Positions 14,648 through 22,879 of a DNA stretch of 27,917 nucleotides are shown in pieces. The stretch comes from a virus. Lineage: Duplodnaviria > Caudoviricetes. How positions within the stretch are numbered: position 1 is the stretch's first letter; each line of letters opens with the position of its first letter. The stretch lies in the IMG/VR virus record IMGVR_UViG_3300017774_002294, positions 1 through 27,917 of that record; one strand, written 5' to 3'. Below the pieces are notes generated by a model that saw only the letters and a program-made list of their open reading frames with translations, did not search any database and was not told the DNA's origin. Position numbers and translations under genes: made by a program.

Positions 14648-15645
14648 TAGTCGAAGTACCCTCTCTGTTTCATTTTTAGCAAATACTCTTTATTTGTGAC
14701 GGGGTTGCCGTCCAAGAAAAATTGATTATCAATATTTAGGATGAGTCTATCACGATCTGAAGACCAGTTGTTGGTGACAGTCATGGTGAACTCTTTATCG
14801 TTAAAAACTCGGGGATCGCGGGCATTAAATGCTCGTATTGTGAATCTTGCAATATTGGTTGCTGGTATTCCGTTCACAAAAGAAGAAGCCGATCCCACCG
14901 TAGCGTAGTTCTTTTCTGTGATTTTAAAGTCGGGAGGCAACCTCCATCGTTCCATAAAGTAGTCTTTAGAGTTTGTGTCGCCAGGATTGTCAGGCAAATC
15001 CATCTCGGAAATCAGTCCGTATGCTACTCCCGTTTCCATGTCTAGGGTTAGATCAGGTGGGAATTCGCCACCAACAACCATATACTTGATATCACAACAG
15101 GCGTTACACAGATACGCCATCTCATACGAAGAAGCAAACACACCTACAGTTGTAACAGTTGCTGGCCCTGGAGACGGATAAGCATGAAATGCAATTCTGC
15201 TGCTTTCTTTGGTAATTTGTTGCAGTTCTCGGAAAGAACCCAAGTTGGTATTGACATTAACAGCAGGGGTACTGCTGATTCCGTCTTTACCACCAAACAC
15301 TATAAGACAACCTGAGCCGGTATACCCCCCCGAATAAGAACCTGTTACTAGTTCGCCTCCTGCTCCACCTGAGGCTCCGTATGTGGTGAATCCTGTGACA
15401 CCCAAAGCACGACATCCTGCACCAGGAGTTATAGGTGATCCGTTTACTGTATATGGCCCTTCAGGATAGTAGAACTCGGGAGGACGCATTCCTAGATGCG
15501 TGTATCTTCCCAACCAACCCTTCCACTCTATAGGGCCTGTGTTTCCGTAAGATTCGTTTCCTTCACCAAGAGTGCATTGAGCAGCCACCGAGTACAATAT
15601 GCTGTACGGACTAACACCAAACGAAGTGCTCGGACGGAACCGCAT
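14647..15645 (-). CDS. Virion-associated protein (332 aa) with a putative Ig (He_PIG-like) domain, at the gp5.1 position
   Basis: IKYMVVGGEFPPDLTLDMETGVAYGLISE and ARFTIRAFNARDPRVFNDKEFTMTVTNNW resemble putative-Ig repeat strands; lies between gp5 and PAAR with tight or overlapping junctions. Confidence 0.55.
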   Translation of the reverse strand: MRFRPSTSFGVSPYSILYSVAAQCTLGEGNESYGNTGPIEWKGWLGRYTHLGMRPPEFYYPEGPYTVNGSPITPGAGCRALGVTGFTTYGASGGAGGELVTGSYSGGYTGSGCLIVFGGKDGISSTPAVNVNTNLGSFRELQQITKESSRIAFHAYPSPGPATVTTVGVFASSYEMAYLCNACCDIKYMVVGGEFPPDLTLDMETGVAYGLISEMDLPDNPGDTNSKDYFMERWRLPPDFKITEKNYATVGSASSFVNGIPATNIARFTIRAFNARDPRVFNDKEFTMTVTNNWSSDRDRLILNIDNQFFLDGNPVTNKEYLLKMKQRGYFD

Positions 15646-15648
15646 AAA

Positions 15649-17877
15649 TCAGAACTCTCCACCGTCAACCTCAGTTATTTCAGGTTGTTTCATGGACGGG
15701 AACTGACTTTCAAATGCAACCACAGGAATTGCAGGAATGCCCTTGGTGGCACTATTCGCATCAGACCTGCCTGGATATCCTGAGATAAGTGTTGCTTTAC
15801 CACCAGGAACTGCGTATAGACTTTCTGTTGGAATGGCTGGTGCTCCAATGTTAACCAAATTGGTATCTGCTATAGACTGTCCTGCTATGCCTGAAGCAAC
15901 AGGAGGCAGCGGTGTTGCACTCAAGTTTGTAATATCTTGTGGTGTGCTTGAAGCGTATGATGCTGGTGACGGAACTGTGGCGGTTGAAACATTTGCGCCA
16001 ATGTTTACGGCTTGAATTGCTGCGGCAGGATTTGTGAAAACTAAGAGTCCTGCAAATGCTCCACCCACAACCGATCCAACAGAACCCAATGCTCCACCGA
16101 GCAATGTTCCAGCACCAACTCCTGCAAGACCGCCTAAGTTTAATCCTTCAGGTAGAGATGCTGCAACACCTCCAACAATCTCATTTGCTCCTGCACCAAT
16201 ACCACTCAAGAATCCACCAACCTCATCTTGAAGTAACGGGAATCCTCCACCGCCTGCTTCTTGAACAGCACCAGGCATTACGGTTAATTGTGGGGCTTGA
16301 GTTGGTACAGCCTGTGCTGCTTGTGCCGCCTGCATCTGAGCCAACTCTTGATTTTGTTGTGTGTAATTTGCCTCGGCTTGAGTTGTTACAACAGAATCCT
16401 TCTGAGAGATTGCGGTTTGTTGAATGTTGTTTTCTGATGTCTGAGATAGTAGAGTACTATTATTAGATGCCACTTCTTCCGTTGTTGGAGTAAGATCGGA
16501 AGGCATGTTTTGTGTTTTTGTTACAGTTCCTTGAGGCAAAGTTGAAGGAGTGGCAGCAACCGCCTTGTCTGCTGGAATGTCTTTCCACCATTGATCTCCC
16601 TTTACAGGAATACCCTTGGTTAAAGTTTCCTTTGCAGTTTGATCCCAAGGAATGGGATTAGTATTTGGTAGAGCATCTCCATAATACGATTTGAATGCAT
16701 CCAAACCTGTGGGAAGTTGAGAACCTTGCAGATTTAACTTCTTGAAATAATCTGTTGACAAATATTTGTCTTTGTTAATTCCGTTTACAACCACATCTAA
16801 AGGATTAAGTGTTCTTCCTGGAAATACTGTGGCATCAGAGAATAGCGGAGGAATATTTTTGCCACCCGCAAACATAGGAGAAGACGCAAGTTCAGGAGCA
16901 ACTCCTTCAGGATTAAAATCAATTCGTGGAGCAACAAATGCCATGTTTCCATCGCTTGCCACAGTATAAGTTCCGTGAACACGATGCTCAAAGTTTTTGC
17001 CGGTTTCCATTACTACATTACCACGAGCAAACATATGCACATCACCACCAATTTCAATATAAAAATCTCTTCCTGCTTTAAGTGTGGTGATTGCGCCATC
17101 CATGTTCATATAGCAGTTACCCTTAACAAGAAGTTTCTTGTCGGATAATGCAATCTCGTAATCATCGCCTCTTGTTTTTTGAACCTTGGAACCGTCAGGA
17201 TGCACTTCTATCCATGTTCCTGCTTTATGATATATCCCAATTCTTTCTTTGTTGGGAGTATCATCAAGTTCAATCACATGTCCCGATTCCGTTTCAATAA
17301 CATGATTTTTAGGATACTCTGCGGCGTATTCTGTTGGCTTTTCATCCCAAGTTAACCAAGGATGCAAAGCAGTCTGTATTCCTGCTAAAGTTTCATCTCT
17401 TTTCTTTTGAATAATCGTTCGCTCAATCTTTTCATTGCGAGCCAAACGATTTGTATCAGGTTCTCCACCGTAATTTTTGCTAGGCCATTTGCCTTCAGGA
17501 TCATTGAATCCTAGTTTAGGATCAGAATACTCTCCTGTAGTTCCTTCTATAGGATCAGGGAAACCAGCAAACGAACCAAGAATCACAGGATCTTGGCAGT
17601 TCACTCCGTCACGGAAGAATCCAATTACCCAAGAGCCAGCAAGCAATCCTGTAGGAGAAGTTCCTTTTCCGCTAACGGCAGCACTTGTTGCGGGTTGTAA
17701 TACGGTTGCCCACGGCAAATCGTTTGTGGGAAGTAGTTCTTTATCCGCATTATGAAATTCAAAACAACGAACGCGAACTCGCCCCATTTTAAGAGGGTCT
17801 TTTATATCTTCAACAACTCCGTGAAACCACACGAAGCCATTTTTACCCATTTGATCGTGTATTGTTGTGTCTGACAT
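15649..17877 (-). CDS. gp5: Baseplate hub central spike gp5 (742 aa); no lysozyme domain, long C-terminal extension
   Basis: OB-fold FVWFHGVVEDIKDPLKMGRVRVRCFEFH...LPWATVLQP...GSWVIGFFRDG..CQDPVILGS; YPKNHVIETESGHVIELDDTPNKERIGIYHKAGTWIEVHPDG; beta-helix repeats ending APRIDFN at aa 322. Confidence 0.93.
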   Translation of the reverse strand: MSDTTIHDQMGKNGFVWFHGVVEDIKDPLKMGRVRVRCFEFHNADKELLPTNDLPWATVLQPATSAAVSGKGTSPTGLLAGSWVIGFFRDGVNCQDPVILGSFAGFPDPIEGTTGEYSDPKLGFNDPEGKWPSKNYGGEPDTNRLARNEKIERTIIQKKRDETLAGIQTALHPWLTWDEKPTEYAAEYPKNHVIETESGHVIELDDTPNKERIGIYHKAGTWIEVHPDGSKVQKTRGDDYEIALSDKKLLVKGNCYMNMDGAITTLKAGRDFYIEIGGDVHMFARGNVVMETGKNFEHRVHGTYTVASDGNMAFVAPRIDFNPEGVAPELASSPMFAGGKNIPPLFSDATVFPGRTLNPLDVVVNGINKDKYLSTDYFKKLNLQGSQLPTGLDAFKSYYGDALPNTNPIPWDQTAKETLTKGIPVKGDQWWKDIPADKAVAATPSTLPQGTVTKTQNMPSDLTPTTEEVASNNSTLLSQTSENNIQQTAISQKDSVVTTQAEANYTQQNQELAQMQAAQAAQAVPTQAPQLTVMPGAVQEAGGGGFPLLQDEVGGFLSGIGAGANEIVGGVAASLPEGLNLGGLAGVGAGTLLGGALGSVGSVVGGAFAGLLVFTNPAAAIQAVNIGANVSTATVPSPASYASSTPQDITNLSATPLPPVASGIAGQSIADTNLVNIGAPAIPTESLYAVPGGKATLISGYPGRSDANSATKGIPAIPVVAFESQFPSMKQPEITEVDGGEF

Positions 17878-17878
17878 T

Positions 17879-19345
17879 TTACACTCGGGATTCTCTTACT
17901 GGACGATCAACGGTATTATCTTGTACCTTTTGATCTGGCGTGCTTGCTCTATAAGAGTCTTTACTGATAGTCATAATCAATTCGTAATCGTTGTGTGTGA
18001 ACGAGTGGTTAATTTTTGTTATCAAATAATTGCCCGTAAGATACTTATCATTGCCGTCATTATTGAGTCCCTTACCTGTTGTGTTTAATGATTAGGGAGA
18101 AGGCAATTCCACATAAATCATGTCTCCAACACGCCTTCGTGAATCGCCCATCACTTTTATAGTTAGGGTCACACAATTCATCTGATTCATTTGACTTTGA
18201 CGAAGCAATGCGTAACGCTCATGCTCTTCATTATCTTCTATACCATCAAACTTATAAGAATTCTTTGGCAAAACTTTAATGTACGATAGGATATTATCGC
18301 TAAATCCATCAAGTCTAGGAGAAACCAAGGGATACTCATCTGTATGCTGAGTTTCAAAAAACTTTTCTCTATAGCGATAGTAATCACCACCAATTTTCTT
18401 TTTATGGATATCTATTGTGTTTAGAATAGATCCGTAAACACCTGTTGCCACATCTTGAAGTTTATTGTTCAAAGAAACAAGTGTCACATCTTCAATATTA
18501 TCAAACATTAAAGCATCGTTTTGTTTGTCTGCTGGAACTTGACGATACTTCGCCACAGTAGATTGTGCTTTAAAATATGATGCTGGAGCAAACACATAGT
18601 TTCCGTTTAGTTGCTGAAAGAACAGGTAGTCTGCTGCTTTCTTATCTGCATACCACCTGTCTCCCTTGGAACCTGAATTGGGTGGGGATATTGTGGTGTA
18701 AGATTTGTTTGCTAGCCAGTTTATTGCATAAAACGGAGACCAATACGGAAACACAACGCTCTTATTCTGTCCTTCCGTACCGACCGTGATAAAAGATACA
18801 TTGTAACTATCTTGCTTTGAAGGATTTGAATTTTCTGCAAAATTGGTTGACGCAGTAAGATTTTCTCGGTTTCTTGCGATTGGAGTGGCGATATGATCTT
18901 GAAATATATTTTCTGCCATCTTTGAATACGGCATGTTCTTATAGGATGCAGAAAATTTAACCATACTGTTCAAGAAAAATTCTTCAGATACAAAATCAAG
19001 AACAGTAAGTGCCGCTTTATCGGTTACATTTGCTCGGTGAACCTTATACACCCGCATATTCAACTCTATCTTCTTATGAGATTGATTCTCTTGACCTGGA
19101 GTATAGAAAACAATTTTCAGCATTTCACTGCCAACAATTGGAAGATGGTTTGATATCGCTAAACCATCACTAAACACCAAAGAACCAGAAAGACTGTTTG
19201 AATACATGTCTTCGTAAATTTCAACAGACATCAATAGGTTCCATATAGACAAAACACCACCTGCTGGTGTTGTAAGAATAATATCTTCAATTACAATGTC
19301 ACCAGGACGGTTAAGTTTATCTAATGATGAAACAATCGCAGCCAT
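17879..19345 (-). CDS. Baseplate hub protein, gp27-like; 488 aa if the internal TAA at 18092-18094 is read as sense, 417 aa if it terminates
   Basis: SVEIYEDMYSNSLSGSLVFSDG...LPIVGSE; PYWSPFYAINWLA; YLFFQ; TIKVMGDSRRRVGDMIYVELPS. The frame continues past the TAA with DKYLTGNYLITKINHSF...LIMTISKDSY and ends at TAA 17879-17881, 1 nt before the gp5 ATG. Confidence 0.8.
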
Positions 19346-19353
19346 GATAGGAA

Positions 19354-20226
19354 TTAAATTTGACTAGGTTTTCTTGGTCTTAGAAGGTCTGAAAATTCTC
19401 GGATTGCTGAGTTCACATACTGTGGTTTTAAAAGATTTATACGACGCTTTTCTTCATTCTTTACCATTTCATATTCTGTGTTTGTAATATCACCCATCAA
19501 TCCTAATGTTGGTTTTGTGGCTGGTGGCTGTGTATATACTTTTATTCTTTCGGTTAAATTCGCACCCGCGTTTTGACTAATGTAACCACGAGGATCAAGC
19601 CAGTTTCCATAGCGATCCTCAAAATGGTGAAGTGCCGTTTTATTTTCTTCAATATACCGAATACGACCCTTAATTTGAACTCCATTACTGTTGGTGATAT
19701 AGATGGTTCTATCAGGCTCCGAGGGTATTGGTGTTGTTATACTGTTTGCTCCTGTAACAACCATTTTTCCTAATAGCGGATCGTATGATAATACCTTTAC
19801 TGAATTGATGCCTATGGTTGCTGCGGTTTCGCCAGAAACTATAGGTTCCGTATTGGCTATTGGAGTATCTGTTTTTGCTCCGTTAGCGTAAACAAAAACA
19901 TCCTCAACATATACTGCTCTTCCCGGATACTTTTGGTCAAGGTATAAATCAAGTTCTCTTTGTGACAAGGGCCAATTATAGTACGGGTCTATTAGTTCAT
20001 TGAATAACAATATAACCCAATGTAAATCTGCTCTGCCATAGATTTTAAATGCTAGAGTATCGGGACGATCTCCTTCACCGATTGTGTATGCATCAAAAAG
20101 ACTGTCTTTGTTTTTAATGTAGTTGGAAAATTTTGCTCTAAGCAGAATGTTTCTTGCTTGAACAATTCGCAGATCGTCTTTATCAAGAACAATTGAAGTT
20201 ACAGGAAAGTTTGAAAAATAACTCAT
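19354..20226 (-). CDS. gp53: Baseplate wedge subunit gp53 (290 aa)
   Basis: MSYFSNFP...YTIGEGDRPDTLAFKIYGRADLHWVILLFNELIDPYYNWPLSQREL...ITNTEYEMVKNEEKRRINLLKP (LysM-like gp53 pattern). Confidence 0.93.
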   Translation of the reverse strand: MSYFSNFPVTSIVLDKDDLRIVQARNILLRAKFSNYIKNKDSLFDAYTIGEGDRPDTLAFKIYGRADLHWVILLFNELIDPYYNWPLSQRELDLYLDQKYPGRAVYVEDVFVYANGAKTDTPIANTEPIVSGETAATIGINSVKVLSYDPLLGKMVVTGANSITTPIPSEPDRTIYITNSNGVQIKGRIRYIEENKTALHHFEDRYGNWLDPRGYISQNAGANLTERIKVYTQPPATKPTLGLMGDITNTEYEMVKNEEKRRINLLKPQYVNSAIREFSDLLRPRKPSQI

Positions 20227-20228
20227 AA

Positions 20229-21731
20229 TTAGTATCCTTGATCTACTCTGTCTTGTGTTAGTATCTCTAGTTCTTCAAAAGATAAAGTCATATCAATTTT
20301 TGTTGGGGCCGCACCAAATCCTTCTACGGGGGCAAATGTGGTAAATGGTTCGTCGCCGTATATCAAACTAACATCCTTTAAGGCACACCTAGCAATCTTT
20401 GGCAAGAATTGATTCTCTACACCATTGTGATAGAATCTAATCTTAAATTCTGCGGGATACTCTATCAATCTGCCTGCTTTATCTGCTGCTCTTTTTGGTA
20501 ATGCGTATTTCTTTAAAGTAGTGATTATACTGTATACAGCGGCAACTTCCTGACGGCTTCTTGGTAAGAATCTAAAAGTAAAATCAAAACCTCTTCGCTT
20601 TGTGGATTTATACATGTTGATGATAAATGGGTTTATAACTTGTCTTGATAGCGCATTATAAGCCTTGTCCAACTTTAAGTCTTCACCACCTGATAATGGA
20701 GTTGCAAGCGAAGACAACTGTTTGTTTGCTCCCGCGAGGGCTTGTCTAGCGGCGGTATCGCTAACGCCTCTAAGCAAAGCAGCGGTTGATTCGTTTTGTG
20801 GTGCACCCTTAATCAGATTTGATACCGTTTGAGCGGTAACTTTAACTTTACTAACAACATCTACAAGAGCACTAAAATCCTCTTCATTATATTCTACACC
20901 ATAAGAAGTCTTTAAACTTGTAGGCATGTATAAACAAATTGTTTTGTTTACTCGTTTATTTGCGGTGGTAAATCCTGTGGTCTCTTGAGCAAAACCAAAT
21001 TGCTGAGTTCCAAACTGTGGTTCATAACTAAAGTTGTTCCACAATCCTTTTCCCAATTTTGCTCCCATACCACTTACAAGTACTTGAGTTGCATTTCCTC
21101 CAATTGTGGCATAGCCTATAACATTTGTAACGACTATTCCTGCCGGAGTGTTTAAACTGTTTCGTAATGTTTCTGCGGTTTGAGATTTTGCAATATCAAA
21201 ACCCATGATATCGGTAGTGGAGTCTTTTTGTTGTGACTGTATTCCATATCCACCAGTTTCATACATTTCAATTTGAATCCAGTTTAGTAGTTCGGGATTA
21301 GACCCCAAATCTTCAGGATACACATACACTTGTTTTGTAATATCATATATGAATTCATCAAGCATATTCATAAAATTAGATGAGGCAGCATTTGAAGAAC
21401 CTGTTTCAAATGGTGTTGCCGATTTTTGTTGAGTGTCCGAATACGGAGCACCACTATTGGCAGGGTCTAAAACAAAAATACCATCTTCAAATCTACCAGA
21501 ATATCTTTGATTAGCAGCATTTGTCGTCGTTGTTGTTACAGGAGTATTTGCACCAGGTTGCGCTTTATCAACTCCAGTAGTAGCCCTAAACTCACGCTCC
21601 CCTTGAGTTGTTCTTGGTGGAAGAGGCTCATAATCTTCCAAATCATCATATCCGACAACACGAGGTTGTCCTTGTTTAGCACTAACTCTACTACTGGTGG
21701 GGAGCCCTTCCGCTCCGTCTTCTAATGCCAT
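20229..21731 (-). CDS. gp48: Baseplate tail tube cap gp48 (500 aa)
   Basis: YPEDL...ICLYMPTSLKTSYGVEY; INPFIINMYKSTKRRGFDFTFRFLPRSRQE; YPAEFKIRF...NQFLPKIARCALKDVSLIY; PTKIDMTLSFEELEILT; GAAAGG upstream. Confidence 0.9.
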   Translation of the reverse strand: MALEDGAEGLPTSSRVSAKQGQPRVVGYDDLEDYEPLPPRTTQGEREFRATTGVDKAQPGANTPVTTTTTNAANQRYSGRFEDGIFVLDPANSGAPYSDTQQKSATPFETGSSNAASSNFMNMLDEFIYDITKQVYVYPEDLGSNPELLNWIQIEMYETGGYGIQSQQKDSTTDIMGFDIAKSQTAETLRNSLNTPAGIVVTNVIGYATIGGNATQVLVSGMGAKLGKGLWNNFSYEPQFGTQQFGFAQETTGFTTANKRVNKTICLYMPTSLKTSYGVEYNEEDFSALVDVVSKVKVTAQTVSNLIKGAPQNESTAALLRGVSDTAARQALAGANKQLSSLATPLSGGEDLKLDKAYNALSRQVINPFIINMYKSTKRRGFDFTFRFLPRSRQEVAAVYSIITTLKKYALPKRAADKAGRLIEYPAEFKIRFYHNGVENQFLPKIARCALKDVSLIYGDEPFTTFAPVEGFGAAPTKIDMTLSFEELEILTQDRVDQGY

Positions 21732-21769
21732 ATGGTGGTTGCCTTTCTATAGAGGATACACCTACATTC

Positions 21770-21777
21770 TATTTAGA
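21770..21777 (-). promoter_or_regulatory. Putative T4-type late promoter variant (TCTAAATA) for the leftward baseplate operon
   Basis: TATTTAGA on the + strand, about 40 nt upstream of the gp48 ATG; one mismatch from the T4 late consensus TATAAATA. Confidence 0.6.
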
Positions 21778-21787
21778 TAAAATTTCT

Positions 21788-21795
21788 ACTAAATA
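21788..21795 (+). promoter_or_regulatory. Putative T4-type late promoter variant (ACTAAATA) for the gp4-gp2-gp54 operon
   Basis: ACTAAATA just upstream of the AGGGAGG ribosome-binding site of gp4; shares the CTAAATA core with the divergent site. Confidence 0.55.
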
Positions 21796-21815
21796 ATAAA
21801 AGGGAGGCTACTGCC

Positions 21816-22277
21816 ATAGGAACCTACAGAACATATAAAGGGTTCTACAAGCCCAAGAATCCACACAAGTATAAAGGCGATCCCACCAACTGTATCTACC
21901 GTTCTTTGTGGGAACGCCGCTTTATGCAATACTGCGATTTAACCGATTCTGTTCTGTTGTGGTCGTCGGAAGAGGTGATTGTTCCTTATGTTTCTCCGCT
22001 AGACGAAAAGGTTCACCGTTACTTTGTAGACTTTTGGATGAAGATATTGAACACCGAGGGTAAGGAAGAATGTCTTCTCATTGAAATCAAGCCTAAGAAG
22101 CGAACCATTAAACCTGAATTGGCTAACAAAAAGATGACTAGGGGGCGGTTAAATGAAATGCGAGAGTGGATCATCAACTGTACCAAATGGGAAGCCGCAG
22201 AAAAGTTTTGCGAAACTCGTGGATGGAAGTTTAAGGTTTTAACCGAACAAGAGATTTTTGGAACTAAAACCGTATGA
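21816..22277 (+). CDS. gp4: Head completion nuclease gp4 (about 153 aa; probable ATA start)
   Basis: In-frame YKGFYKPKNPHKYKGDPTNCIYRSLWERRFM...WSSEEVIVPYVSPLDEKVHRYFVDFW...LIEIKPKK...KWEAAEKFCETRGWKFKVLTE. The conserved N-terminus lies upstream of the track's TTG at 21906. Confidence 0.9.
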   Translation: MGTYRTYKGFYKPKNPHKYKGDPTNCIYRSLWERRFMQYCDLTDSVLLWSSEEVIVPYVSPLDEKVHRYFVDFWMKILNTEGKEECLLIEIKPKKRTIKPELANKKMTRGRLNEMREWIINCTKWEAAEKFCETRGWKFKVLTEQEIFGTKTV

Positions 22278-22861
22278 GTCAAGAAGAAGTACGCGCCATT
22301 CTGCGTAAGTTTGACTTTGAAGACATGAACATGGCTTCCCGAGAAGCCACCCATTGGTTGAGCGATCATTTATCTCAAATAGGCCCAATCAGTCGTCCAA
22401 ATATCTTGGCAGAAGGCGAGTCTGCTTATTCTATACAACCTGGCAACATGTACTTCTACTCGTATAGCCCCAAAACAAAGAATACCATGCCGTTTTACGA
22501 TATGTTTCCGCTAACCGTAGTAATGCAATTTACTCAGGGTGGGTTTATTGGATTGAATCTTCACTACCTACGATTTTACAACAGAGCGGTGTTTTTGAAC
22601 TTTCTTATAGACTTTGCGGATAGAAATGATTGGTTTGAAAACAGTCTGGCTAAATTCCTATTGAATTACACTCACATAAAAAACAATGCAAATATGGCTA
22701 AACATCTACGAGGAGCCATTAAAAGATACTACTTCAGAAACTTCCTTAGCGATGCAGTCAAAGTAGAACCTAAAGACTGGAAAGTTGTGCCGTTTCTTCC
22801 CATAGATAGATTTGTAAAAGCAACACGAGAAGAAGTGTTCAGATGGGCTTCCCAACGCTAA
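22274..22861 (+). CDS. gp2: DNA end protector protein gp2 (195 aa)
   Basis: PGNMYFYSYSPKTKNTMPFYDMFPLTVV...GFIGLNLHYL...R...IKRYY...W....FLPIDRF; ATGA overlap with gp4. Confidence 0.9.
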   Translation: MSQEEVRAILRKFDFEDMNMASREATHWLSDHLSQIGPISRPNILAEGESAYSIQPGNMYFYSYSPKTKNTMPFYDMFPLTVVMQFTQGGFIGLNLHYLRFYNRAVFLNFLIDFADRNDWFENSLAKFLLNYTHIKNNANMAKHLRGAIKRYYFRNFLSDAVKVEPKDWKVVPFLPIDRFVKATREEVFRWASQR

Positions 22862-22879
22862 CCAAGGATTATCGCTAAA

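Noticed and set aside
17867-18088. 73-aa plus-strand ORF filling the gap between gp5 and the hub gene
   Set aside because: It is antisense to the operon; the gap is better explained by the in-frame continuation of the gp27-like gene.
11372-21731. Bacterial T6SS, tailocin or eCIS locus (VgrG/PAAR/gp25-like genes)
   Set aside because: Head completion gp4, DNA end protector gp2, gp32 SSB and T4 late promoters indicate a genuine T4-like phage genome.
21732-21815. Upstream in-frame ATG (21732) as the gp4 start via TAG readthrough
   Set aside because: It needs two TAG readthroughs, abuts the divergent gp48 start, spans the promoter region and ignores the strong RBS at 21801-21807.
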